A stretch of 64,000 nucleotides of DNA from Podarcis bocagei (taxonomy: Eukaryota). Shown in pieces: positions 13,692-26,110 of the stretch. The first letter of the stretch is position 1; each line of letters starts with the position of its first letter. Both the position numbers and the translations under genes were made by a program. The stretch lies in assembly GCA_964188305.1 (NCBI GenBank), contig OZ076900.1; one strand, written 5' to 3'. The notes under the pieces were generated by a model. The model did not search any database. It was not told the origin of the DNA and saw only the letters and a program-made list of their open reading frames with translations.

Positions 13692-14204
13692 CTCTTAACT
13701 ACTCGACAGAACGATTTCATGCCGGTTGTCTCTATAGAGCCTTGAAAACTAAAATGTCACTGTGACACAAGAGAGAATGACTAAATCTTACTAATGATAA
13801 TGACAGGAAACGAAAAATGACCTGACTAATCTTTCAGCTATTACTTGACTATTCATATCTATACATGTTTTGCTAGAATTTGAAATGAGGGAGGTGGGAG
13901 AGACAGAGAAAGTTATCATTTTGTAACATTTCAAATGATTTGGCTTCTTTCTAGCACTTAGCTTGGAAGTACGTTCAATGATCTAGTCTCATCAAATTAG
14001 CTGCCCAGCTGAACTTTTTCAGGGAAAATGGTCACAGCACCCTGAAATGCTGTTGCCTCCATTGCTGTGATGCCGCTGTGAAATCAGAGCAGCTTTGTGC
14101 TCAGGAGGGAGCAGAACTTAAAAGATTTTAACACCAACATCAACAGGAACAAAGTTCGCAAGCAGTTTTTGTCAAATCAAGCCAGATAAACAATACCCTC
14201 ATAC

Positions 14205-14205
<1 letters not shown>

Positions 14206-14264
<59 letters not shown>

Positions 14265-14299
14265 TACTACTACTACTACTACTACAACAACAACAACAA
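14206..14299. repeat. Compound microsatellite (ATT)n(ACT)n(ACA)n, tail of a minus-strand L2 3' end (~14300-14430)
   Basis: Seen directly in the sequence. Confidence 0.9.
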
Positions 14300-15643
14300 T
14301 TTATTATCCACCCCTCAACCCAAGGTTCTAGTGTGTGTTACAGCTATTGAAACACAATATTAGTACATATTTCACACTATAAAAAACAACTTAAAAGAAC
14401 TTAAGATGACAGAAATAAGGTGGGTCCTTAACCCTGATCTAGTTCATTACTGTTTACATAGACTAGCAGTGGTTTTCCAGGATTCCAGGGAGGAGACACT
14501 CCTGGTCCTAACTGGAGATACCAGGGACTGGAGACTTCTCCATGCAAAGCAGACACTCTAACGCAATAGTTGAATCTACCTCACACTTTTCTGGAGCAGG
14601 GTGTGAACTGAAACACAGTCATTTTTTGAAATGTGTACTTCTCCAAATTTTGCAATGTCATTTAATGTTTACAAAAATGCACGTAGTAAGGTAAACTGTG
14701 CATAAAATGTATATATTAATGAAAATAATATACAAAATGCATTATGTTAGGGGAAATATAAATGTTACGGGAAATATACTTCGCAAAAACATGTATATTA
14801 GGCAACATTGCATACAAAAGGTTTGTTTATGAGGGGGAAATTCATACTGAAATGCTGTTGAATAATTTCATTTAGTATTTTGAAAGGAAGGGAGAAGCTT
14901 TTCACTGAGTTTTGTAAAGCAAACAGTTGCAGAATATGGCCAGAAATTATATGGCTGTTTCTAAAACTAGTTTATCTGCTTATCTCTTACAGTTGGACCA
15001 CAACAGAGAACCTGTCAAAAAGCATCTTCCCAATGCACATAAATAGCAGGAGAATAAAATGGTGCCCTTTAGTCAAAGCTAGTCAGTGTTTGGGTGGATA
15101 ATAAAACTAACACCAAAGGGCTCATCTAGCCATGAAGCTTCCTGCTGAGCTGAGTTGTGCAATACAGACCTGTACACATTTACTCAGAAGCAGGTTCCAC
15201 TATGCTCAAGGGGCTTACTTCCAGGTAAAGTGCATACAGAATTGCAACCTATACTTCCATGAAACTTTTGGCTGGGCTCTTTAGTGTTCATTCTCAACCT
15301 AGACGTAGCCTAAGGATGTGCAAATTGGTTTACCCACATGCACCCCAGCTCCCTCCCTGCAATATGAACCTGCCCTGCTACTCTTGAGGCCCTTCTTTGA
15401 GTTCCTCTGCCATCAGGCAGCCAGCAGAGGGGTAAAAGAGAAGGACAAGAGGCAGAGAGGAAGCTAAGAGATGCAGTAGGGGGTCACTCCAAGGACCCCC
15501 TCGTGGCTTATATTCACCCAGTAGAAATACAGCTCGTGCTTGGTATGAAAAGTTAGGGGATTTCAGCAGGAAGTTGGAGGACATGCACCGAATGGATATG
15601 AAGCAATGTGACCACTCCAAAACAAGTGCAAATATTACTGAAA

Positions 15644-18532
15644 AAAACTTTACACACAAGGGCCTCAGGAAGGGACTGCGATAGACCAATTTTTAAAAGC
15701 AAATGGATTACCAAAACTATCCCAAGAAAAGAAAACAATCTTGAATTATAGAATAACACAACAGGAAATCGAGAGTGCCATTCAGAATATGCAACTCGGC
15801 AAATCTCCAGGCCCAGACGGACTTACCTCCAAGTACTATAAGACTTTAAAAGACTATTTGATACAACCATTAATGGAGGTTTGTAACCAGATCATGGAAG
15901 GGAGGAAGGCACCGGAAACGTGGAAAGAAGCTTTCATCACATTGATTCCTAAACTGGAAACTGAAAAGACACAACTGAAGAACTATCGTCCCATCTCTCT
16001 CCTAAATGTGGATTACAAAATATTTGCAGACATTTTGGCAAGTAGGTTTAAAAAAGTGTTAAATGAAGTAATCCATAAGGACCAGGCAGGCTTTCTCCCA
16101 GGCAGACATTTGTTTGATAACACTAGGAACATTATTGACATTTTGGAACTTTTGCAAACTAACATTAATACCAGAGCAGTGTTAATTTTTATTGATGCGG
16201 AGAAGGCCTTTGACAACATTTCTTGGAAGTTTATGAAGAAAAATTTGGAAGGGATGGGAGTGGGACAGGGGTTCGAAAATGGTATAGAAGCAATCTATTC
16301 AGAACAAAAAGCTAAATTGATAGTGAACAATGTGGTGACAGAAGAGTTTAAAATCGAAAAAGGAACATGACAGGGGTGTCCTTTATCCCCTCTTTTATTT
16401 ATTTCAGTCCTGGAGGTGCTTTTGAGCATGATTAGGGAGGACCGGTTGATACAAGGAATACAGGTCGGAGTGAAACAATATAAATTGAAAGCTTTTGCAG
16501 ATGATTTGGTTTTAACATTACAGGAGCCAGAATCTAGCACAAAAAGAGTTTTAGAACTGATTCATGAGTTTGGTCGGGTGGCGGGATTCAAGTTGAATAA
16601 GCAAAAAACCAAGGTTTTGGGTAAAAACTTGACACCTTAGGAACAGATGAGTTTCAGAGGGAAACAGAATTAACTGTGGTTTAAAAAGTAAAATACCTGG
16701 GGGCCAATTTGTCTTCCAAAAATTTGAATTTATTTAAGGACAATTATGAAAAATGTTGGTTAGAAGTTAAAAAGGATTTAGAAACTTGGTCAAGATTGAA
16801 ACTTTCCTTGTTGGGTAGAATTGCAGCAGTAAAAATGAATGTATTGCCAAAGATGTTGTTTTTGTTTCAAACCCTACAGATTGTGGACAGAGTGGAATGC
16901 TTTGGCAAATGGCAGAAGGATATTTCGAAGTTTGTTTGGCAGGGCAAAAAGCCCCGAATAAAATTTAAAATACTAACTGATGCAAAAGAAAGAGGGGGAT
17001 TTGCCCTGCCAGACTTAAGGTTATATTATGAAGCTGCAGCCTTCTGCTGGATGAAAGATTGGTTACTTTTAGAGAACACTGATGTCCTGGATCTGGAAGG
17101 GTTCAACAATTCTTTAGGATGGCATGCATATCTGTGGTACGACAAAGTAAAGACTCATAAAATGTTCAAAAACCATATTGTCAGAAAAGCAATATTTATG
17201 GTCTGGACAAAATACAAAGACTTACTAGAAGGTAAGACCCCGAGGTGGTTATCACCAGTGGAGGCCAAGGCTCGAAAAAACCCCCAATATGGAGGCCGGT
17301 TGGCTGAAATATGGGGAAATAATAGAAAAAATTGGTGACAATTGGAGGTTACAGAGCTATGAAAAGTTAAAGCATAAGGTGCAAGACTGGTTTCATTATG
17401 CTCAAATTCAAGAGGTTTTTAAGTTGGACAAAAAAAACAGGATTCCAGGTGGAAAAATCGAAATTAGAGACAGAACTGTTAGAACCAAAGACTAAGGTAC
17501 TCTAGAGAATGTATAACTTGCTGCTTAAATGGAACACTCAGGATGAGACAGTTAAATCAGCCATGATAAAATGGGCTCAAGACATTGGGTACAACATTAT
17601 GTTTGAAGACTGGGAAAGGTTATGGACCACCGGTATGAAATTCACGGCATGTAGTGCCTTGAAAGAAAATATTATGAAAATGATATACAGGTGGCACATG
17701 ACCCCAGTCAAGCTTGCTAAAATATACCATTTGTCTGATAATAAATGTTGGAAATGTAAGGAGGCTGAAGGGACATTCTTTCACCTCTGGTGGACCTGTC
17801 CAAAAGTGAAGGCCTTCTGGGAAATGATCTACAATGAATTAAAGAAGGTATTTAAGTATACCTTTCCCAAGAAACCAGAGGCCTTCCTTCTGGGCATTGT
17901 CGGCCAGAAAGTGTTAAAGAAGGATAGAACATTTTTTATGTATGCAACAACAGCAGCAAGAATACTTATCGCAAAGCACTGGAAGACACAAGATTTGCCC
18001 ACACTGGAAGAGTGGCATACGCAATTGATGGATTATATGGAATTGGCTGAAATGACTGGCAGAATCCGAGATTTGGGAGAAGAGACAATGGAGGAGGACT
18101 GGAAAAAATTTAAGGATTATCTACAAAAACATTATAAGTTATATGAATGTTAATAATTTGCATGATTTGGAAAATCAAGCTCCAGCAATAAGATTTTATA
18201 TATTGGAAATTAAGATATTACTACGAAAGGATTAAAGTTTAAAATAACACTGTATTTATTTTAGGGCAAAAGTAAATTGATAATAAGTATTTTGAACCCA
18301 AAAGAGAATTATTTGAAAGTATTAATAACACATGAAACAAGGTATTAATTTGCTGATATTTTTATTGTAAAGAAAGCAGGGTGAGGGAGACGTGGGGAAG
18401 TCCAGTTGGTTATGAAAAAATGTATTGGAAAGTTGGATTTCTTTTATTTTTCTTTTCTTTTTTCTTCTTTTGTTATCTGACTTTATATTTGTATCTGGAA
18501 AAAGCAATAAAAATATTTAAAAAAAACAACAA
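15644..18532 (+). mobile_element. 5'-truncated L1-clade LINE (ORF2 RT and C-terminal zinc knuckle), pseudogenised
   Basis: ORF fragments KSPGPDG, NYRPISLLNVDYK, IDAEKAFD, KGT*QGCPLSP, AFADD and CWKCKEAEGTFFHLWWTC. AATAAA at ~18506 and an A-rich tail. 15-bp TSD CAAATATTACTGAAA at 15629-15643 and 18533-18547. Confidence 0.95.
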
Positions 18533-20247
18533 CAAATATTACTGAAAGAGGGATTGTGTATGACTGCCCTGAAAACACCAGGAGCACAAATAATCATGAA
18601 TGCACAATAAAAAAGATGTATTGAGAGGCCAAGAATGAGGGTAGGGGACACAGCAACAGTCCTCTATCTAGTCAGAGTTCCCTAGGCTGGTCTGCTCTAA
18701 ACTTCCTAAACTGCCCTACTGTTTCTGGTACAATGGAGAATGCTGTTCAATCAGCAGTGCTGAAATAAGATTCACCTGCCACTCCTTTCTGATTCTGGAT
18801 GTAGAATTGGGAAAGGGCACCATCTTATCCTTCTTCTCAGGCAGAAACATATTTGGGGGCTGTCTCCCCCTAATGTGTAAATTGTAATGTAGATTTGAAT
18901 AATAATTTAAGATTTACAATAGGAAGTCTCTCAGTCTCGTTCTTGCTCTCGTTCTTACACACCACATTTACAAACATGGGAAAGCGCAGTGTGTTTGCAT
19001 GTGCTTCCTCCATGCTCATGTTATATATATACTGCCATTTGGTGGGGCCATATATGTGTGAACCTGTGTGTGCAGAGAGAGCTCCTGTGCATGTATGAGG
19101 AGGGTTCCTGATGGTCTCCAATTTCCCATTTGTGTAAAGGAACCCCAAATGCTCTGGAGTGCATATGGTCACTTCACACAATCCAGGTGTGCAGTGGGTG
19201 TAGCTTACTGCATGTAGCAATGAGGGGTGGGACCAGTAGGTATTAAACATGTGAAGTGTGGTTGTTTTTAGCATCCCTAATATAAACTCCAGATGTTGGA
19301 CTACAACCCTCATTAGCCCCTGTCTAACTGGGGTTGTTGACAACATAAAGACATAAAAAGAGGCCTGCTGGATCAGACCAAATTGGACCATATAGTCCAG
19401 TGTCCTGCTCTCACAATGAACAGCCAGATGCAGATATGAAACATCTGGAGGGAAACAGGTAGGGGAATATAGAATAGATAGGCTGCTGTCGCCAGATAAA
19501 TTTATGGTGCCAGTGTAGGCTCAGTATTCACACATATATTTTTTTAAAAAAAGTTATCTATCTCTGTTGTTTTATTTATATTTTAATCAGGAACAAATAT
19601 TGCGTAGTCAGAACTTAATTAATGAAGAACTGACGCATGAACTAGAACAAAATGCATGTCACTCTTTCATAGATTAATGGGCTCCATAATCCTGTCAAGA
19701 CTGGTAAAACATGTTTATAAGCTAGCAAAATAAAGGCAATTGTTTGTGTGTGCACATACACACACACACACCACAACCACTTTCTTACTTCCACCTCTCT
19801 AGCTGGATTACTCACAGGGCTGTTTCAAATCAAAACTTAATGTTACATTGGATAGTTCAGGAAGAGGTTGTGAAGGAAAAAATTCAGTTTCCATGCCAAC
19901 TAGATCCTTTAAAATACCTTCTGGTACATTATGTTCTACCTTCTCCTCTAAAAAATGGGCCACATTCAGATACTATAGTGGAACATGTCCTGACTTTATG
20001 TTGTAAAGTCAGTAATGTTGCAAGTGAAACTCGACTCCAGATCAGAATTTTAATAGCTAGCCCTGACAAAGCTGAAGTGGATCATTTATTGATATTGATG
20101 GTAAAGAATTGCCAATCAACTTGTGTGTGAGACAGTTAGCATCCACATAATGTCAGAAAATGGCCGCTCCACAAATGATGTTTTGCTTACATGGAAATTA
20201 TAGTTTAGAAATGAGACCTGCAACCAAATGTTGCAGTGCTAAATGTT

Positions 20248-20410
20248 TGGGAAAGGGCTCAGTGGTGGAGCATCTGCCTTGAATTCAGAAGGTCCCAGGT
20301 TCAATCCTAGGCATTTCAAGGTAGGGTAGAGAATCATGCCTGAAATTCCAGAGAGCTGTTGCCAGTCAGTATAGACAATGCTGAGCTAGATGGTCCAATG
20401 GTCTGATTCC
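20248..20410 (+). mobile_element. tRNA-derived SINE (Squam3-like)
   Basis: GCTCAGTGGTGGAGCATCTGC...GGTTCAATCC (A/B boxes)...GCTAGATGGTCCAATGG. Confidence 0.8.
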
Positions 20411-20440
20411 AGAATTAGTTTAAGAAATTATTTCAGCTAC

Positions 20441-20605
20441 ACCAGCATGTTGTAGCAGTAATAGTGCTAGATTAGGGTGGGGGAGATCTAGGTTCAAGTC
20501 TTCACCCAGCCATGCAGCTCACTGGGAGACTTGGGACTAGTCACTATCTCTTAGCCTAACCTGTCTCAAAAAGGTTGTTGTGAGAAGAAACCGGGGAAGG
20601 GGAGG
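20441..20605 (+). mobile_element. CORE/MIR-like SINE (Squam2-like)
   Basis: GGTTCAAG B-box, GACTTGGGACTAGTCACTATCTCTTAGCCTAACC...GGTTGTTGTGAG. Related copies at ~25255-25462(-) and ~46198-46410(+). Confidence 0.65.
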
Positions 20606-20609
20606 ACTA

Positions 20610-20963
20610 CAGTGGTGCCCCGCAAGACGAATGCCTCGCAAGACGGAAAACCCGCTAGATGAAAGGGTTTTCCGTTTTTGAGCTGCTTCGCAAGACGATT
20701 TTCCCTATGGGCTTGCTTTGCAAGACGAAAACGTCTTGCGAGTGTTCCGATTTCCCCCCGCTCCCCCCCTTTTTCTAAGCTGCTAATAGCCTTTTAGCCG
20801 CTAATCCGCTAAGCCTTTAATAGCCGCTAAGCCTTTAATAGCCGCTAAACCGCTAATAGCGCTAATCCGCTAATCCGCTAATAGGGTTGCTTCGCAAAAC
20901 GAAAAAACCGCTAGACGAAGAGACTCGCGGAACGGATTAATTTCATCTTGCGAGGCACCACTG
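20610..20963. mobile_element. pogo/Tigger-like MITE, family A, with a (GCCGCTAA)n interior
   Basis: Same TIRs and TA TSD; inserted at the 3' end of a CORE-type SINE. Confidence 0.9.
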
Positions 20964-23352
20964 TATATGTATTGTCCTGAAGTTGAAAGATAGGTGGAAT
21001 TTAACCTTTGCAAATAAATACATTGCAATTCCAGAGGAGCAGAATACAAGGCAAAAGGGACCTGTGGAATGATAAAGGAATGGGCCAAGGGAGAGCTGCT
21101 CAAACCTACCCTGGCATGGAAGGGCACAAAGTCTTTCCATGAGTCCTCCACCCTCTTGGCTGGTCTGCCCCACAGTCCAATAACCTAATGCCAAAGTGGG
21201 GAGGAAAGAAGCAGCAGAGCCCAGCAGTAGCAGGAGAGAGATTGTGCCTCAGAGGAAATGCTGCTAAGTAACAACTCAGCTAATCAAGAGTCCGAACTAC
21301 CTCCCATTAAACGGACATTGTGTCTCGGTTGACAATGCAACTTCTCAGAGAGAGTGCATTTCAGAACAAGCTGTACTTGGCAGCTTGCCACACCGCTCGA
21401 GAGATCCTTCTCCCGCGGGATTCCAGAGCTTCCTCAAAATACAGCAGGTCTCTTTTCCATGAATGTGGCATGAAAGAAAAGAGATTGGAAATGTCAGTGC
21501 TGGGGTTACCATTGGTGGACAAGCAGGTGGGTTTAAAGGGATACTGTGCACAAGCCAGTTCTCCTTTCTCCTGCACACATGCTCACTGCTGTCACACTGG
21601 ACTGGAACCTTTCTTTATTTTATGAGCATGCATCAAGTTGATGGATGTCCGGGAGAGGAAACAGGAATACCAAGCCATTTAACTCTCAGGTTAAAATCTA
21701 AGTTAGCCTTTCATTCTAATACTGCAGGTAAATGTACACTGACACCCTGTCTGTCATGCTAACTTAAGCCCGGGGGGGGGGGGACCTTCCTAGGGCAACA
21801 GCACATTAAAAAGCAACCAAAATGATCAGGGGGATGGAGTTGGGATCAATAAAATCTCTCAATTTCAGTTGTCACAGTTTCTCATTTTTCCATTTTTAAC
21901 TGCAGTTCTATACATTTCTGCAGCCCATCTGCCTTTAAAAGAGAAAAAAAAGAATCCTATTGAAGATTCGTGATTTTAATGCAAACTTACACATTTTTGC
22001 AAGCATTTTCCCTGAAATATAATGCAATTTAGAGACTGTTTTTATGAAAATGTTCATTTTTATGTACATGTTTTTGTACCCAGTGCTTGGAAGAAGAACA
22101 GCATTGCAAAATTCAGAGAGGTCTATAGAATTAACTGCCACAAGAGTTGTTGATGGAAACCAGTTTAGGATTTTTTTTAAGGGAATTAGAACAATTCATG
22201 GTCTATCAATAGCTACTTGTCACAATGGTTCAGAAACAACATGTTACTTGGGTATTAATTGCCAGGGAATGGCAGAGGAAGAGGACAGTTGCCTTCATCT
22301 CCTGCTTATGGGCTTTTTAAAGGTCATCTGGGGCGTAGCTTCTGAAGCCAAAACACAAGCTTTCAAAGAGAGAGAATGCAAAACAAGAGAGTGTAGCTTC
22401 ATCTCTTCACTCTTGTCATTGCTGAGATGTTTGGAGAGGGCAGGAGAGCAGGCTGTGAAAGCAAGGAGGAGGAAGGGAAGGGGGAGCAGGGCAAGACACA
22501 CTTCTTACAACTGCCTCCTCATTACTCGCAGCAGTGGCTTGCTTACACACTGGTACTGGATGGCACCTCAGGGTGCTATCTAAGTAGTCTTGAGTCCTCA
22601 CCTCCAATTGTAGCAAGGTTCTGCAAGGGCTCCTCCTCAAGGAAAAGTCCTTGCAGAGCTGCACCACCAGGGGCGGAAATGAGGGCATGGCAGCAGCACA
22701 GTGGGGGCTGCATCGGGCATCAAAATGTCTCTGGGTGGCCCTGAGGCTAGATGACCTTGATTTAAAGGAAGTGTTTCTCCACACTTTCCATTTCTTTTCC
22801 TTATCACCTTCCTTACTGCAAAAGCCTCATCTTTTAGAGAAGTGAGTTTGTTGTGCAAAAGCTTCACATCAGCTGTAACTGAACAACCTGAATTTGTTGG
22901 TATGTGATTGAATCCCATCAGGAGAAGAAGGGGCGGTCCGTCCTGTTTCACCACCTGAGATGAAACAGTAGATGATGCCCCCCACCACCACTACCAAAGC
23001 CTTGCTAATGGCACAACTGTAGTGGCTTCTGGGTTCTGGCAAGATCTCACCATAGGTCTGCAAGATATTGCCAGAACCTGGAACCTGCTGCGGCAGCCAC
23101 TTCTCAGTTCTCTGGTGGTGGTGGCAGAGGTGGGGTGTCTCCCACCACAGGAGAAGCAAGGTGAAGGGGCACTGGTGGCTTCTGACAAGATCCTGCTAGA
23201 GTCTCACCAGAAGGCACAGCTGCTTCTGCTCACTTTGCCGGGGGAAGGGAGGGCATCCGTACTGGTGCTGGAGAAGTGAGTAGAAGCAGCAGCAGCAGCT
23301 TCCAGTGACATCTTGCCAGAACCCAGAACCCAGAAGCCACAGCTGTGGCTAC

Positions 23353-23781
23353 CAGCGGCGTAGCATGGGTTGTCAGGACCCGGGGCAAGGCAAGTAATTT
23401 GCGCCCCCTAACCCGGGGCAAGGCAAGTAATTTGCGCCCCCTAACCCCTAACCTGCTGCCGCTGCCAGCTTCTTCTTGCTGCTGCCTGGTCTGGTCTGGT
23501 GTGGTTCTCTCCCGCGCTCAACGCTGCGCTGGGCGGCCGCTGCACTGTCCCTCCCCCAGATAGTCCCTCGCTCTCTCTCCGCACCGCACGCCTGGCACCC
23601 ACCCCCTCCACAGTGGGCGGCGACCCAGCGGCTCGGATCGGATTCACACAACCAGCACTGCAGTGAGAGAGAGTGAGTGAGCCAGGTAGGGGCAGAGAGC
23701 TGCGAGTGCAAGCGCGCACCCCCCCCCAGATGTTGCGCTCGGTGCGGCCGGCCCCCCCTGCACCCCCACACTACGCCACTG
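23353..23781. mobile_element. Young hAT non-autonomous element
   Basis: TIR CAGCGGCGTAG/CTACGCCACTG; perfect 8-bp TSD GTGGCTAC (23345-23352 and 23782-23789); CpG-rich. Confidence 0.88.
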
Positions 23782-25683
23782 GTGGCTACTTCTCCTTACT
23801 TCTCTGGTGGCAGGAGGCAGCACCTGCAGTCACAGTGGTGGAGCAAAGAGAAGTGGTGGCAGCATTGGGTTCCAGGGAGACCTCATGAGATTTCATGGGG
23901 CAGGCTCTCACAAGATATCACTGGAACCTGGAAGCCACTGCTGCTTCCTCACACTTCTCTGGTGGCAGTGGGTGAGTTGACCATGGGGCTGCTGCCCCTT
24001 GGATTCTGCCCCTCCTTCCCACCTGAGGTGCCTGCCTCAGGGATGGGCAGACCATGAGAAAAAGATCCGGAAAGCTGAGAAAGCAGTGAAAGTAACTAGA
24101 CTAGGGAAATCACTTAACAGTTCACCTCTCAGGAAAGGACCTAATGCAATTTCACCCTGGTAACTGCAGTGGGGAAAATTATGAACGTGTTGAGTCAATA
24201 GATTTCAAGGCCTTTCAAACACCAGCAGGCAGGAAAACAACCCCTCCCCTTTTTCCTTTTGCATGTTTAGAATTTAATCTGTTGTTCAAACTGGCAAGAA
24301 GGTTGTGTGTATTCCATGCTGCTAATTCAAAATGCTGTCAAGCAACCAAACTTCACACCAGCCTCACGGTTTCACTATGAGATGTGGAAAGGCTATCAAA
24401 GAAAGCTAAGCAACAGAAAGCATATACATTAATATATCCATCATTTGGGTGGGAAGATGGTGATTAATTTCATCATAAGGTCCCAAGGTGGATTGCAGCA
24501 ATTAAAAAAATGCAATATTAAAAACAGTTCAAAACAGATTATAGTCACAAGAGTCAGTATTGAAATATGTATCTTCGGTGTCAAAGACTAGGGAAGCTCT
24601 CTAGTTCAAAGCTTTGATTAGATCTAAATAAGCTCTGCAAGAGGACTACTCATTTAAAACATTATTTACCACACCCTTCCAAAAAAAATAAAATACAATT
24701 CAAAGCAGGATAATGTCCCAAAAGACATATTGATATGTTTATTGCAATTTGGTTCCACCAATCAGTTAACTGAATTTCAAAAGGACCATCTTTACAAATC
24801 AACTATTCTTGGCCAGGAATTGAAAAAGAAAAAATGGCAGCAGAGAGCAAAGCAATACTGAAATTGTGAAAGACTGTAAGGGGAGACAAAACACCAATAT
24901 TTATTTAAAAACAAAAACAAAAAAAAAATGCCAAAGGAAGAAAAGCCCAGCAGAGGATGTTCCTCATCAGTAACCTAAATGAGTAATTAACATGTCTGGG
25001 CGAGCAGCTGAGCTCTTAACCAAAGCAAAACTGGAATGTTTTCTCTGTCCTCTTGGAGAAGCAGCTTCAGGCCAAGTGAAAGAAAAATGAGCAAGCAGAG
25101 TGACGCTGGTCATTCAGAAAAGAGCCCCAAGCAGGCACTTTGCTACTAGCATTTACAAGCATTCACTTGTAGTGTTTGCTTTCATAAGCTGCTTTCGGGG
25201 ACATTGTTGAAAAGTGAGGTGTACGTTTGTTTTTGTTTGTTTGTTTGTTTCATATACTTGCTACCTTCAAGGAGCTCAGGGACCACCCTGAGGTTCTTCT
25301 CTCTGCATTTTATCACCACAAGAAGTCTGTTAGGTAGGTTAGACTGAGAGGCAGTAAGTGGCCCAAGGTCTCCCAGTGAGTCACACATGTCTGAGTGGGG
25401 ATGAAAATCCTGGTCTCCCGGGTCAGGGTCCAACCCTTTAACCACTGCACCACATTGGCTCATTTCATTTTGGAATTAATGAATAAATGAAGGGGAGTGT
25501 AGAAGAATAACCAAGCCAAATGCCCTGCAATATCAAATGTTCTCCAAAAGAATACAGATATATAGATTTCTGATGCCCTGTTTTACCTGCTCACTCAATG
25601 TGCCATTGTCTCCCCTTTCAATTTATTATTATCAATAATATGATTTCAAATTATATATGAGCACAATCAACTAGAAGAATTTT

Positions 25684-25737
25684 GTTCCAGGATCATACAT
25701 AAGGTAAAAGGTTCCAGGATCATACATAAGGTAAAAG
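25684..25737. repeat. Perfect 27-bp tandem duplication
   Basis: GTTCCAGGATCATACATAAGGTAAAAG x2. Confidence 0.95.
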
Positions 25738-25829
25738 GTAACATACATTAACTATAACAACAAATAATAATTTCCTTCTTTCCTTTTTCCTTTCTCCTTC
25801 TGTAATGGAACTCCTATTTAGGGACTTCC

Positions 25830-26110
25830 CTGGCTTTTTTCTGGCCAACGTAGGACCAGTCTGGATGGCTGGCCTTGGTGAAGAGTTGACATTTTCATCC
25901 CAAAAGTTTTTGATTTTAGTTTCTACTGAAATGAGACTGCATTTTAATGTTGTACTTAATCTTGTTTTTAAGTTGTATTTTAATCAATTGTTTTTACCTG
26001 GTGTTAGCTGCCCTGAGCCCAGTCTTGGCTGGGGAGGGCAGGGTATAAATAATTTATTATTATTATTATTATTGTCGTTGTTGTCGTTGTTGTTGTTGTT
26101 GTTATTAAAT
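25830..26110 (+). mobile_element. L2 LINE 3' end with (TAT)n/(TGT)n tail
   Basis: ...GCCCTGAGCCC...GGGAGGGCAGGGTATAAATAAT followed by a trinucleotide tail. Confidence 0.7.

Noticed and set aside
12415-20410. tRNA genes at the SINE heads (12415, 20248)
   Set aside because: Degenerate A/B boxes are attached to SINE bodies; these are SINEs, not functional tRNAs.
20770-20885. CRISPR-like or telomere-like array
   Set aside because: Short GCCGCTAA repeats without unique spacers, lying inside a MITE in a eukaryotic genome.
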